Below, one piece after another: positions 23,931-36,872 of a DNA stretch of 64,000 nucleotides. The stretch lies in the NCBI RefSeq assembly GCF_020745735.1, contig NC_083417.1, positions 14,384,001-14,448,000 of the forward strand. The letters run 5' to 3'. The stretch's first letter is position 1; every line of letters starts with the position of its first letter. Position numbers and translations under genes: made by a program. Origin of the DNA: Hemiscyllium ocellatum (Eukaryota). A model generated the notes under the pieces. That model did no database searches. It was not told the origin of the DNA and was given only the letters and a program-made list of their open reading frames with translations.

Positions 23931-25915
23931 CTAATTCTAATATGATATGCTTATTTGTTTTAAATCACTTCTCCTGTTGCTTTGTACACTTATTCTTTTC
24001 CACCTTTTTTTAAATTTCTGAACTGTCCATCCCTGCTTGGTGTGATCTGTAGCCATCACTACTTTGCCCTGGATTTCTCTGTTCACACCATGTATGTGAG
24101 GTAGATGCTGGATTAGCCCCAGGGTTGAAATGTGAGGTCCCTAACCCAGGACAGTAATTCCCTCACCAACCCAATACAACATCCAGATCATCACTACATG
24201 ACAGCACAGATCAAATATGGGCCCAATCTGATCTACATTCTTTAGTGCTGCACCACACAATGGATTTATTCAGAGCTGTCAGGAAACCAGCACAAATACT
24301 TTGAATCCAACTGCTTGTGTTTTTATTTTATTATCTCTCAATATGAGTCTGAGGCTAAGATATTACACATTTCTGGTGTAAAATTCTTCTACTGAGAGAG
24401 GTCATTTCTGAACCTCTTTCCCTTCATGAACAGGCATTTCAATTGCTTTCCAAGACATTCCACTCCACTACGTCAAAATATTAATAAGAAATGAACTCCA
24501 GATCAGTGTTTATATTCAGGTTTATTTCTCTATAATAAAAAGAAAGGTGGCAATCATTTCAAGAAAGTGATTTGCCAAAAACCAACCTTCATTCATTTAG
24601 CACATCCTGAAGTGCTTGGGGATGAGCGAAAAAGCTAACACTTAGATCGATACAAATTTTTGCAAATTACTCCTTATAGAAATGCTGTCATGTAAAAATT
24701 ACAGGGGGAGTGGTTTCGGAATATGGCTGCTCAATCATTGGGACACAGGTTGTTCTGGTGGTGTGGACGCACCAGCAGCTTTGCACCTCTTAGGACAGAG
24801 ACATGTCAAAGACAAGTTAGTTGCCCAACTGCAAAGTAGGGATCATCTGAATGGTTTTGCCCCCAGTGACTGACTTTGTGTTGACAGTGTTTGATTTAGT
24901 GCCTGAAAGGCATTTCACAAGGCAGCCAACAGGAGAATAGGAGGGGAGGTGGAGAAGACAAGAGAAATAAAAACAAACAACAAAATCAAGAACACAGGAA
25001 CTTCATTCTTTCCCACTGAGGGATGTTACATTTGCGCCTTGCCCAGGGAGTGCAAGAAAAATATCTGACAGAAACCACTTCAAAACAGTAACACATTTAT
25101 AACATGGATTCTCTGAAATCATAAAAAATGAGCTCTTAAAAATAACAAATGAACTTTGAATTGCTTCGCTTCAGAGAACTCCCATATGTTTTCAGGTCTG
25201 CTGTGAGACACAACTTCTGTGGATTAATAGATGTCGTGTGATGCTTTTCTTTTCCATGGAGATCTGTACCAAATCAAGGCTGAAAGCTCTTGGCAGATAG
25301 ATGCGAATGGAAATTGTCACGCCAAAATCAAAATCTAAACTAATACTGCGAAGGAAGTATGCAAATGTTTCCTTTCAATTTTACCTTCTGATGATTTCAT
25401 TTCTTTTACCCTCACTGTCTCCCACAGTTTTATTCTGGGCTGCCTCTTGGGACTGCATGCAAGATTTCTATACATTTAAAACAAAGCAAACAGAACAGAT
25501 GTAAAAGTGGATGTCAGTTATACACGACCTGATTCGAAAAGCTTCAGAGATAGCAGCCTTCCTCACCAGCCACTTCTAGAGCCACTGTTCCTCACCAGCC
25601 ACTATTATTTTTTGCCAAATCCCAATGGATTAGCCATTGAAGTAAAACATCAGAAAAATAAATCATAATTAATCTGTCACTAGATTATCACTCAGGCCTG
25701 CCCACTAGATAATTCAGATCAGAAATTTGAACAAAGGGGCAAGGATTTGTCTGGGATGATATTACATTGCCCACCTGTTAGATAGTTTATGCTAAAGTCA
25801 AGGTAATGGAAAATTAGGTAGGGATACATCACTTTATTTTGGACAACTGGTTAAGACATATTCCTAACTCAAAGAATTATCTGAAACCAAAACATTTCTT
25901 GACCTTTTTATTGAT

Positions 25916-25971
25916 TCCCACCCCCCACCCCCCCCACCCCCCACCACCCCCCCACCACCCCCCCCACCCCC
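25916..25971. repeat. C-rich low-complexity tract (G4-forming on the minus strand)
   Basis: Runs of C5-C8 separated by single A or ACCA. Confidence 0.85.
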
Positions 25972-27584
25972 GTGGAAGACAGGCAGATCACTGAAGCTTT
26001 GTCAGAAAGCTTGTGTTTGCATTAAGAATGGTGTAGCAGAAACCAGCATCTTGATTGGAATGTCTTTTACAATTTTGCATTTGTTGTAGGTATCCTCACC
26101 CCTTGTTCACTCTTTAAGGTAACTAAAAGGGTACCTTTAGTTAAATAGTCCTCAAAGATCACACAAACACAACCAATCAGTTATGTCTGATGGATGCACC
26201 AAAATGCAGTGACAGTCTTAAATTCTGCTGTAATTGCTGAAAGATGTCTCTGGATAAAGATTCCACTTGCCTTGCCACTGTAGTAAAGACCCCATAGTTC
26301 CAATGGACCACTGGGCTGTACTCTCATTACAGAGAGAGAGAGGGTAGGTGGGGTTGAGGACTGGTGTTAAGTTTAACCTGGACACAAATGGTGCTTGAGG
26401 AGAGAATTCCAAAGTTTGAGGAGAAGGCAGCATAAGCTCACCCATGAACCAACCGGAACAGCGAAAATGCAGGGGTCCAAAATTGGGGAAGGGCAGAGAT
26501 CACAGAAAGTTCTGAGGCAGGAACAGACTACACAATAGGAAAGGACGAGACCATGGGAGGTTTTAAGTACAAGCTTCTTTTCCTAGGTAAAGATTTGTGG
26601 ATTGAAGCTCCTTTAAAGAGGTAGTCCTCTTCATCCAAATCCAGCAGAACACTCATTTCCCAGCTGACCTGCACACGAAATTCCTATCTATGGTTTGTTG
26701 TTATGTCTTCCATTCCTGGCTCATTTTGCAGTGCAATTACACTGGTACTAGCTACCCATTGATAACACACCCAAGTGATTATCCTTCAAATCCAAGCTGA
26801 GACTGCGACTGTATATTGAGTTATCTTATGGCTGCTCTTTACATTCAGTTATTGCCCCTGAGATGTCAATATTTGCTGAAAATCATGAATGCACTGCGAT
26901 TTTCAAGTTATTCATCAAGCGCATCTTCTGTTGTACAATGGATAGTGCCATTATTTTCCCAGTAGCTGTGGACACAAGGACCTTCCCCCTTTCATTTAGA
27001 TTATTAACAGTTGAACATTGTTTCTTTCTCCACTGAAATGAGTAGAGTCAGTTCCTATGTAAGTAGAAATCTTATCTTAGAGCTTCAATCTTGTTTAAGA
27101 ATTAGTCAAAAAGACTTGGGGCCTAGGCTTAACAGAGACTGTATTTCAATAATGAATTAGAACTCTGATTATATAATTTACTTATAATCTTGTAATAGGA
27201 AAATGATGTGACACCACCCCAGGGGATCATGAAATGTCAGAGCTGGAGAAATATGAAACACAATGAAACTTTCAGTTAGTAAATGGAAGAGAACGTAAAG
27301 ATTCATTGAAGGAGATGACTGTTATTAGAGCTTGGGTGCATTTTAATAATATTTTAAAGCATTTCTACTGATCTAAAAAGACAGCATTCAGTGGAACTCA
27401 GAGACGTCTGAAGGTAAATTTGAATTTTATTTTTACAATGACAGAGTTTTTCAATAGATTAAAGTGAGTATGGAGCTGATGTTGCATTTCTCGTGTTAAT
27501 TCTTTGGGAAATGTAAGGTGGGAGTGGAAATGCCACTAATTATACACACGTAACAGCCAGATTCATTAAATAGAATGGTCAAAA

Positions 27585-27685
27585 TCAATGGGGCGCAGAT
27601 GCTGGAAATACAAACAAAAAGCACTGGAAATACTCAATAGATCAGGCAGTAACTGTGTAGAGAGACAGAGCTAACGTTTCAAGAT
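27585..27685 (-). mobile_element. Degraded single-arm PLE terminus (family 3-like)
   Basis: gcagatgctggaaat...gagagacagagctaacgtttc. Confidence 0.55.
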
Positions 27686-28461
27686 ATTGATTGCTCTGTT
27701 CTGGCGTAACATGTCTTCCTCAGCAACATCCCCTACCTTGACCCACAAAGGTGAATGCGAAAGCAGGCATGAAACAACTCTGGTAACAGAACTGAGCGTC
27801 ACCAAGATGCTTGTAGAGATAGGCTGATAATAATGCCTTGCTGATTCTTCAGACCTACGCCTGCATTCAGTCAGGCTCCCGATGAATTTTTCCTGGAATT
27901 TCCCAATCACGATTCTCAGGAAACTCTGAAAGCAATTTGCGTACAATGAGTTAGCCCGAAGTGTGGTGACTTCTGTGGTGTGAGAAAACACTGGTGCGAA
28001 CACAAAGCAATTTCCCAATGAAATGAATGATTGGTTAGCGTTTTCTTAAAACTGTTCAGCACTGATAAAAATGTGGCTATGAAAATGGAATTTCACAACA
28101 AAAACTGACAGCTGTTTGCATGAAAACCTACATGCTTTTCTACATTTCCTGTGCTTGGGAAAATATTGACAGGATTAAATACTATTATTAGCAATATGGA
28201 ATCTCACTGCAACTCCTCCACCCAGGATGCAGTATTTCTTGAAAGTAAAACCCATGTTGTTTTCTTTTCTTTCATAAGGAATTTTGTGGCTAGTTTATTC
28301 GAATCTTTCCCACTGCATCCCACAATAAATGGTTGGCATGCTCTCAGTAGCTAAATCCTAAGCTCTGCAGTTCCTGTCTTCAATCAGACAATATGGAGAA
28401 CTTGGCTGGATATAAAATAACAATGTTTTTAATAAATACATTACAATCTCAGATTTTCATA

Positions 28462-28777
28462 AGATTAGATTCCCTACAGTGTGGAAACAGGCCATTCGGC
28501 CCAATGAGTCCACACCAACCCTCTGTAGAGCAACCCACCCAGACCCATTCCCCTACATTCACCCGTGACTAATGCACCTAACATTACGGGCAATTTAGCA
28601 TGGCCAATTCACCTAACTTGCACATCTTTGGACTGTGGGAGGAAGCCAGAGCACCCAGAGGAAACCCACGTGGAAAATGTGCAAACTCCACACAGACAGT
28701 TGACCGAGGCGGGAATTGAACCTGGGTCCCTGGTGCTGTGAGGCAGCAGTGCTAACCACTGAGTCACTGTGCCGCCC
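28462..28777 (-). mobile_element. HE1-type V-SINE, full length
   Basis: Reverse of gggcggcacagtgactcagtggttagcactgctgcctcacag...ctgtagggaatctaatct. Confidence 0.9.
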
Positions 28778-28799
28778 TTCTTTTACAGAATTCTTTTAC

Positions 28800-29320
28800 A
28801 GATATTGGCATTTCTGACTGGGCCAGCTTTTATTGTTCATCAGTAATTGCCCAGAGGTTAAGAATCATCACATGTAGACCTGGAGAAAGTGTGGACTGCT
28901 GGGGATCAGAGTCAAAAAGTGTGGCACTGGAAAAGCATAGGAAGTCAGGCAACATCCGAGGAGCAGGAGAATTGACATTTTGGACATAAGCCCTTCATCC
29001 CTGATTCTCCTGCTCCTCAGATGCTGCCTGACCTGCTGAGCTTTTCCTGTGCCACATCTTTCATTACACGTAGACAAGACCAGGTAAGTATGACAGATTT
29101 CATTCCCTAAAGGACATCAGTAAACAAGATTGTTTTTTTTCAATAATCAACAATGGCTACATAGTTGCCACTAAAATAGTTTTTATAAAAAAATTCAGAT
29201 TGTTATTCAATTTAAGTTTCACTATGGGCTGTAGTGGGATTTGAACCCTTGTACCAGGACATTGACATTGAGTTCTGGATCAGAAGTCCCGTGATACTAT
29301 CAGTACATCATTGCCTCTCA
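28800..29320 (-). mobile_element. Second tRNA-derived SINE family ('SINE-B'), interrupted by a PLE hairpin
   Basis: Matches the reverse of 51220-51695 (accaggtaag...gatttcattccctaaaggac; gggatttgaaccc; ttctggat). Confidence 0.65.
28880..29060 (-). mobile_element. PLE-terminus palindromic mini-element (family 1) nested in a SINE
   Basis: Inverted arms with junction at cccttcatcc|ctgattctcc. TSD tcat(c/t)aca(t/c)gtagac at 28865-28879 and 29061-29075. Confidence 0.8.
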
Positions 29321-29520
29321 GGCATATTGCTGCATGTTGATATGTAACATGCAAAACTAATCCTACATTGAATGTTATTTCACTGCTTTTTTGCAGTTTT
29401 GTCTTTCCCTGGTGTCTGGGCTGACATTAATCACTAAGTGTTAAAATGGGGTCACACTGAAAAATAATTTGGGAATCCCTGACTCTTTGACCAAGGTTTT
29501 AATTTTTTTTGTCTTAATAT

Positions 29521-30149
29521 TGTTATGAACCAGACCAAACACCCTCAAAATATATTAAGAAGATCGCCTAGAAGATAGCAACCATTAATTTTTTTTAAAG
29601 GCAAGTGCAAGGCATTGTTCTGGATGTCCAGAAATTTAATCGGTCAAACTACCAGGTTTGAAGCAATACACATTTTATTCATACACTACAGTTAACATCC
29701 AAACAAAAGAACAAAGAATTGGAATACCTTAACTCTAATGGAAAACTTGACAGAATAACAGATTACTTTACAACTAAACAGCAACTGTTCCAATATAGTA
29801 ACATCCCATAAACACATCCTTCACAAAGGCAAATTCAATAAAATAGATTGTTTCACAGGGCATTCTACCAACAGAAAGAGAACCCAAGTCTTTAGCTGTA
29901 ATAGAAAGAGAAATAACAGCTTCCACATCTGGTTTCAAGACCTCAGCAACTGATGAAAGCTAAGACATACACATATTCTGGCTCTTTGGGAGCTTGATCC
30001 CACCCTTTCATGCTGCTTCTATTGTTCAACTTTAAAATAACACAAAGCTTGCTGGGCTCAGAGCAGACAGCTTGACTCTAAGGTTACAGTACCTGCTTTT
30101 AAAAACAAAATGACAGAACACTTCCTATTTAAAGGCACATCTTGCAACA
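29521..30149 (-). mobile_element. Solo LTR (Gypsy-like)
   Basis: TGTT...AACA termini flanked by 4-bp ATAT direct repeats. AATAAA on the minus strand near 29675. Confidence 0.65.
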
Positions 30150-31479
30150 ATATCTAATAAGTAACATGAGACAAATTTTGTATGCTAACACTCCATGAAG
30201 CAGTTCAGATTAGTTGACCATGCTAAAGGCAAGTTATTATTGCTCAAAAAAACATGGTGAATGTCTGTTGAGTGATACATTGAATGCAGCATGAGTCAGA
30301 ACCAGGTTCTCAGGACTACCGACTTGCTGTATCCTTATATCCTTATCTACGTGGACACATTCAATGATGAATATTGGATTATTATATGTTTACTAATGCC
30401 ATTTTGTATTACTGAATCACAAAGAACTCTCCAATTGCACAATGAAGTGAAAGCAGCAACACCAATGCTCAGTCATCTGGACACAGAACATACACAAAGC
30501 CTCGGCACACTTTGCTGCCACAGGGATTTACAGTATCTGTCAACTGGCCAGCTTACTACAAATCATTCACTCCTGTAGCCTTCCACAAGGTTTTTGAGTT
30601 ATATCCTGGAGGGCCAGACCCACTCAATTAAGGAATTTGTCATGTAATAATTTGTCATATAATTCAATATGAATTAATTATTGAAAATCATAATGTTGAA
30701 TGAGGCTTACACCTGTTAAGTTAATTCAAAAATATTTATAATAATTATGTGCAGATCCATTAGTATTTTGGGGTGAATTACAGATGGATATACAGATGAA
30801 TAGATCTGAGCAGTCAGCTCAATATTAAATTAACTTGTGTGCCTCTGTCATTCAATTTTTCTTCATTTAAATCTTTCTCCAATTCTATTTAAGGACCTTC
30901 CTTCAGTAAAACCGTACTTGATGTTGTTTAGAAAGTGGACACATTAAGAGTGATTGTACTTCAATCCCCTCAGCCAAAATAACCACTGGTGTAGGGACAG
31001 TCTGGATACTGCCTGATTTCCATTCTTCACTATCCACTGCCTCTCTTTAATTCCCTCTTTACCCTACACATATCCAGAAACTGAGAGGAGCTCATGGATT
31101 TACTTGCCATTAAGAGTAAGCTGTTCCCTTCTCCGTACTCAAAGGTGCATTGCAAAGGCAACAGGATAATTGCATGGAGGGAGAAAGGAAAGATAGGATA
31201 TGTTAATAAGATGAGCTGAGGGAATTGGCAGATTGGACTGAATGGCCTATTACTTGTGCTATAAATTCAGTGGGATACCACATAATAAGACAAACCCCTC
31301 AAATAGCCAAAAGGAGTCCATATCGGAACCTTAATCCTGCATCTTTCACAGCTTCCCTTAGGCTCACTTGCGACTGATCTTATGTAGAAACCATCTATCT
31401 CTATGCTCAGAAAACTACTGGTTTCCTTTCTTGACCTTTATGCAAGCTGACATTACACACTGATCCCTCTCCTCAGGTA

Positions 31480-31800
31480 GCATTATTTTCAAAACTGCAA
31501 TCATCATCCCCTTCTTCAAAAATGTGTTGCCATCTCCCAAATGCATGCCTATCTTCCTGGTAACTTCATGTTTGAATCTAATCAGATGTATTCTTCTGTC
31601 CTGAAATGGCCTGAAACAAAATCACAAATGATTTCATGATAAATGGGTGCTTTACCTCCTATTTATCCTTAACCCCTCAGTGGCCTCTGACATGGCTTAT
31701 CATCATCCTTCAAAGCCTCCAATCCACTTTTTCAGGATACGGTTCTACTCTTATCAAACTGCAGTCAGATCATTTGTAGTAATGGTTTCACTCCCTCAGT
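31480..31800 (+). mobile_element. Ancient L2-type LINE RT remnant
   Basis: aaaatcacaaatgat...ctcctatttatccttaacccctcagtggcctctgacatgg resembles decayed KVTND...LLDLSAAFD coding sequence. Confidence 0.45.
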
Positions 31801-32284
31801 CTGCACTGTGTTGCCATTTTAATGAATGTGAATACTGGATAAGTCAAATCTCAGAGGGAAACCTGGCTTGATAGATCATACGTTATTTAATTATCATGAT
31901 GGTCAGTCACTGAAAGTATTCACTTGAAGCTATCACTGTTTTTCTAACAAAGGAACACAAGTTGAATACACAAAAGAAACATTAATGACAAGTTCGAAAT
32001 ATTTAAGACAGTTTAGAGAGACTTTAACAGCAAAACGAAAGATTTAATCCTTTCTTCAGAAATATCTTTGACAGTCCTTTATCACTCCTATCTTAACTCT
32101 TTAATTTTTTCACTCTTTGTGGCCTCGGAAATGTAAGACTCCTTTTCAGTTCTCGGTCTTGAAGACTTCATTCCAGCTCTAATAGTCTGAAGTTTTCTTT
32201 CCATTTCTGACAGCCTGGAGATTTCTACTAACTCATACCATCAGGAGATGTCGAACAGAAACTAAAAAAACTGTTCTTCTGCTG

Positions 32285-32447
32285 ACATTTAAAGGACATT
32301 TAGACAGGTACATGGAGAAGAAAGGTTTAGAGGGATGTGAGTTGAACACAGACAAATGGAACTGGTTCAGTTTAGGAAACCTGGTTGACATGGGTAGGTT
32401 AGGCCAAATGGCCTGTTTCCATGCTGTTTGACTCTATGACTCTATGA
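32285..32447 (+). mobile_element. CR1 3' end
   Basis: catttaaaggacatttagacagg...actctatgactctatga. Confidence 0.8.
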
Positions 32448-32507
32448 ATGATGTGTCTTCTCAACTGGAATGTGACTGTAACCCCAGGTCTGTCTTTCTG
32501 GATGTCA

Positions 32508-32655
32508 AGAAAAATCACACAACAGCAGGTTTCAGTCCAACAGGTTTATTTGAAAGTACAAGCTTGTACTTTTAGATAAACTCTTGGACTATAACCTGGT
32601 GTTGTGTGATTTTTAACTTTGTCTACCCCAGTCCACCGCCAGCAACTCCACATCA
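32508..32655 (+). mobile_element. PLE-terminus palindromic mini-element (family 2)
   Basis: Centre aaagtaca-AGCT-tgtacttt (32561-32564). Tail on the right. TSD tttctgg(a/g)tgtca at 32495-32507 and 32656-32668. Confidence 0.85.
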
Positions 32656-33579
32656 TTTCTGGGTGTCATAACAGCTTCATTTTGTCAATGTTAACTTCCT
32701 AGGTAGTTTATCTAGTCATTTAGCTTAAGTCACATACTTTCTTGAAAATTGTGTTTGAATTCATTGATTAAAAATCAACTTTAAACAAGATGGAATTGAT
32801 ACTTAGAGCAAATCAAAAGTTCATAAAAAATAATTTAACAAATTTTGCTTTCAGTTTGTTTACATGCGTCTTTTCCACAGAAATAAAACGAGAATTCTCT
32901 TTTTCCACCACTTTTAAATCCAAGATCACAAGTAACAACAACGTATGACAAACCTCGATCATAATTGGATCTATTCTTGGTCAATCAACTCTTCCTCAAG
33001 TGCAAACTGTCCTTTAGTAGCATACCCAAAGACATTGCATCAATTACTGTGTTGATAATAACTAGGTCTACTTGTCCATCAACTGAATTAACTTTTCTAC
33101 TGTGCTAGTGCTGTCAGGTTGATTAACTAATGTGGAGTCTTGGATGGGTTGCAAGTTCCTCCAGTCTTTGTGCCTTCCCAGCACCCAAACCTAGCTACTC
33201 TTAGCTTTTTCTTCTGGCATTCTCTGTTGCATTGACTTTATCTGTTTGAAATAACCACATTCTACTTAACCTGAAGCACTGCTTCCAACCTCACAACCTC
33301 AGGAACACAGAGATGACATCCATCTACCTTCTCATATATTGTCCATTTTTGCCTCTTTCTCAACCTTTTTCATGCTGAAAAGCCCATTCATTAGCTATAT
33401 CAGCTCGAAATATGATAGGTGTAATGCTCTCCTAGTCATTTCCATTCTTCGTGCTATGGAAAAATCCCATTTTAGAACCAAATTTCCTCAAATGCCCACA
33501 ATTTAAAACTTAATTTTCTTTGGGATGTTGTTCTTTCATCTCTTTGTAATTGCCAAGAAAGCCACCCCAACAATTCTCT

Positions 33580-34740
33580 TAGAGTCAGAAAGTCATAGAG
33601 ATGTACAGCATGGAAACAGATCCTTCGGTCCAACCCATCCATGCCGACCAGATATCCCAACCCAATCTAGTCCCACCTGTCAGCACCCAGCCCAGATCCC
33701 TCCAAACCCTTTCTATTCATATACCCATCCAAATGCCTCTTAAATGTTGCAATTCTACCAGCCTCCACCACACCCTCTGGCAGCTCATTCCATACACGTA
33801 CCATCCTCTGCGTGAAAAAGTTGCCCCTTAGGTCTCTTTTATATCTTTCCCCTCTCATCCTAAACCTATACCCTCTAGTTCTGGACTCGCCAACCCCAGG
33901 GAAAAGACTTTGCCTATTTATCCTATCCATGCCTTCATAATTTTGTAAACCTCTATAAGGTCACCCTTCAGCCTCCGACACTCCGGGGAAAACAGCCCCA
34001 GCCTGTTCAGCCTCTCCCTGTAGCTCAGATCATTCAACCCTGGCAACATCCTTGTAGATCTTTTCTGAACCCTTTCAAGTTTCACAACATCTTTCCGATA
34101 GGAAGGAGAACAGAATTGCACGCAATATTCCAACAGTGGCCTAACCAATGTCCTGTACAGCACAACATGACCTCCCAACTCCTGTACTCAATACTCTGAC
34201 CAATGAAGGAAGGCATACCAAATGCATTCTTCACTATCCTATTTACCTGCGACTCCACTTTCAAGGAGCTATGAACCTGCACTCCAAGGTCTCTTTGTTC
34301 AGCAACACTCCCTAGGACCTTACCATTAAGTGTATAAGTCCTGCTAAGATATGCTTTCCCAGAATGCAACACCTCGCATTTATCTGAATTAAACTCCATC
34401 TGCCACTTCTCAGCCCATTGGTCCATCTAGTCAAGATCCTCTTGTAATCTGAGGTAACCCTTTTCGCTGTCCACTAAACCTCCAATTTTGGTGTCATCTG
34501 CAAACTTACTAACTGTACCTCTTACGCTCGCATCCAAATCATTTATGTAAATGACAAAAAGTAGAGGACCCAGCACCGATCCTTGTGGCACTCCACTGGT
34601 CACAGGCCTCCAGTCTGAAAAACAACCCTCCACCACCACCCTCTGTCTTCTACGTTTGAGCCAGTTCTGTATTCAAATGGCTAGTTCTCCCTGTATTCCA
34701 TGAGATCTAACCTTGTTAATCAGTCTCCCATGGGGAACCT
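33580..34740 (-). mobile_element. CR1 (HER1-like) LINE 3' 1.2 kb, relatively young
   Basis: ORFs: [36 protein letters not shown]; WAEKWQMEFN; RPLLEYCVQF; FFTQRMVRVWNELP. Confidence 0.95.
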
Positions 34741-35099
34741 TCTTTAACTCTGGCTTTTTGCACAGCCCTCTGATACACTACCGGCAGCCACCGTTCAGAA
34801 ATCAGCTTTATTTAGGAATCACCTGCTTAAACAGCTTCTTCATATCTTTCTCTCCTCTTTCAAATCTTACATCATCAACTAAGCTTCACCCCTCCTAGTA
34901 ACTGCTTTATTGCTTATAGGTCAATCTCCAGCTGATCATGTCATGATGATTAGCCAGTTACAAATGCAACACAAATAAACGTAGCTTTTGTTATGATAGA
35001 GGGCCCAAATCAGAAGGTTAAGCACTTTGCATGTTCCCACATGTGTGCACCTCTGAATGAATATGAATGCTCAAATTAACATACATACTTCTATGTGAT

Positions 35100-36872
35100 A
35101 TCCTAGCCAGACCAGCACAGAAAAAGCAATACCATCGACTTCAATGGCTCCAACTGGAAAGATCCGACTCCATGTTCTGCCTGATTACTGGAATGCGGAG
35201 TAAAACTGCAAAACTTGGTGATGGCACCAGACCTGGAGGTACGTCACAGAGTGTAGATGATCTACCACAACAAGGAAGATAGGCCAACAGAATCGACAGA
35301 TAGATGGCAGGCGGAATCTGATACAGAGGAGTGTGAGGTGATCCACCTGATAGAGGGATAGGAAGTGGCAATATAGACTTAATGTAACAATTCCAAAAAG
35401 TTTGCAGGGTCAGAGGAATATGGATTTCATGCCAATCGAACTTTGAAGGTGGCAGGTCACATTGAGTAGTAGTCAGCAAAACTTATGAGATCTTGAGCAT
35501 CATAAATAGAGATACTGAATTAAAAAGCAGGGACAATATGATGAATCTTTATAAAGCTTTAGTTACACCACAAATAGAATATTGTGCCTGTTTTGGTTGC
35601 AACATTGAGGAGGATATGAGGCTTCTTGAGAAAATGCAGAGGAGATTTACCAGAATCTTTTCAGGGATGGGTATTTAGTTACAAAGTTAGGTTAGAGAAG
35701 CTGGGCATGTTCTCCTTTGGTCAAAGAAGATTGAAGGGATGCTTAATGCAGGTGCAGACATTTGTGACAGTTTTATAGTTCACGGCCCATCTGCTACAGA
35801 GGTACGTGAGAACTACTCTAAACAGGTTGATTAGAAAATATCTGGGTGGGAAAAGTTAGGTTGATAAAGAGGCTTTTTTTAAATAAAAAATCATTCATGG
35901 GATGTCGATGTCATTGGCTGGGTCAACATTCATTGCCCATCCCTAACCTCCATCGAGAAGGCTGAAGTGAGCTGCTTTCTAGAACCACTACAGTGTTCAC
36001 TTGCTGTAGGTAGACTTACAATGCTATGAAGAAGGATTCTAACACAGGAACAATGAAGGAACACTGATATATTTCCATGTCAGGATAGTGAATGGTTGAG
36101 CAAGAACCTGCAAGTGGTGGTGCTCCCATGGGCTTGCTGCCTGAATCTTTCTAGATGGTCGTGGTTGTGGGTTTGGAATGTGCTATACAAAGATCCTTGA
36201 TGAATTTTTGCAGTGCATCTTGTAGACAGTATACACTGCTGTTACTGTATGCTGGTGATGGGGGGAATGGAGGTTTCCAGGTGCGGTGACAATCAAGTGG
36301 GTTGCTTTGTCCTGGATGGTGTCAAGTTTCTTAAGTGTTGTTGGAGCTGCAAGTAGGGAGTATTCCATCACAGTTCTGCCCTGTGCCTTCTGGTTGGGCA
36401 GGCACTGGGGAGTAAGGTGAGCTACTTGCTATGTCTGATCTGCTCAGTAGCCACACTTCATTTCAATTCCTTGTCAACAGTAACCTCAGGATATTGATAG
36501 TGGGAGATTTAACAATGGCAGTTTCAGTTAAATGGTTAGATCCTCTCTTGTTGAGGTGGTTATTGCCTGGCAGTTGCTTGGTCTAAATGGTACTTGCCAT
36601 TTGTCAGCCCAAACTTGGATGTTACCGAGGGTAAGAGATGTCGGGGGATGTGACGAAAGTGATAATGAACTGGAATATTTTGTTTATGAGGTTGGTGTAA
36701 ATGAAGATCTGTAATGATTTTAAAAGGAAATTGGATGTGCACATTTTTTTGGAAAATATATAGTTAGGGTTAAGGGATAATACTGGAGATTTAGACAGAC
36801 TACAATGCATACAGAGAGCCAGCATTGATTTGATGGGCTGAATGCTCTCCCTTTCTGCCATTATGATTCCAT
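35100..36872 (+). mobile_element. Old CR1 fragment interrupted by another LINE
   Basis: MNLYKALVTPQIEYC...LEKMQRRFTR (35493-35678). The 3' end resumes at ~36620. Confidence 0.65.
35885..36625 (-). mobile_element. Distinct CR1/L2-group LINE 3' fragment
   Basis: MEYSLLAAPTTLKKLDTIQDKATHLI...HQHTVTAVYTVYKMHC. 3' end gggatgggcaatgaatgttg...catcccatgaatga. Confidence 0.8.

Noticed and set aside
32090-32240. Minus-strand charged reading frame (YELVEISRLSEMERKLQTIRAGMK...KIKELR*)
   Set aside because: No convincing splice sites or recognisable homology; may be chance or a TE remnant.
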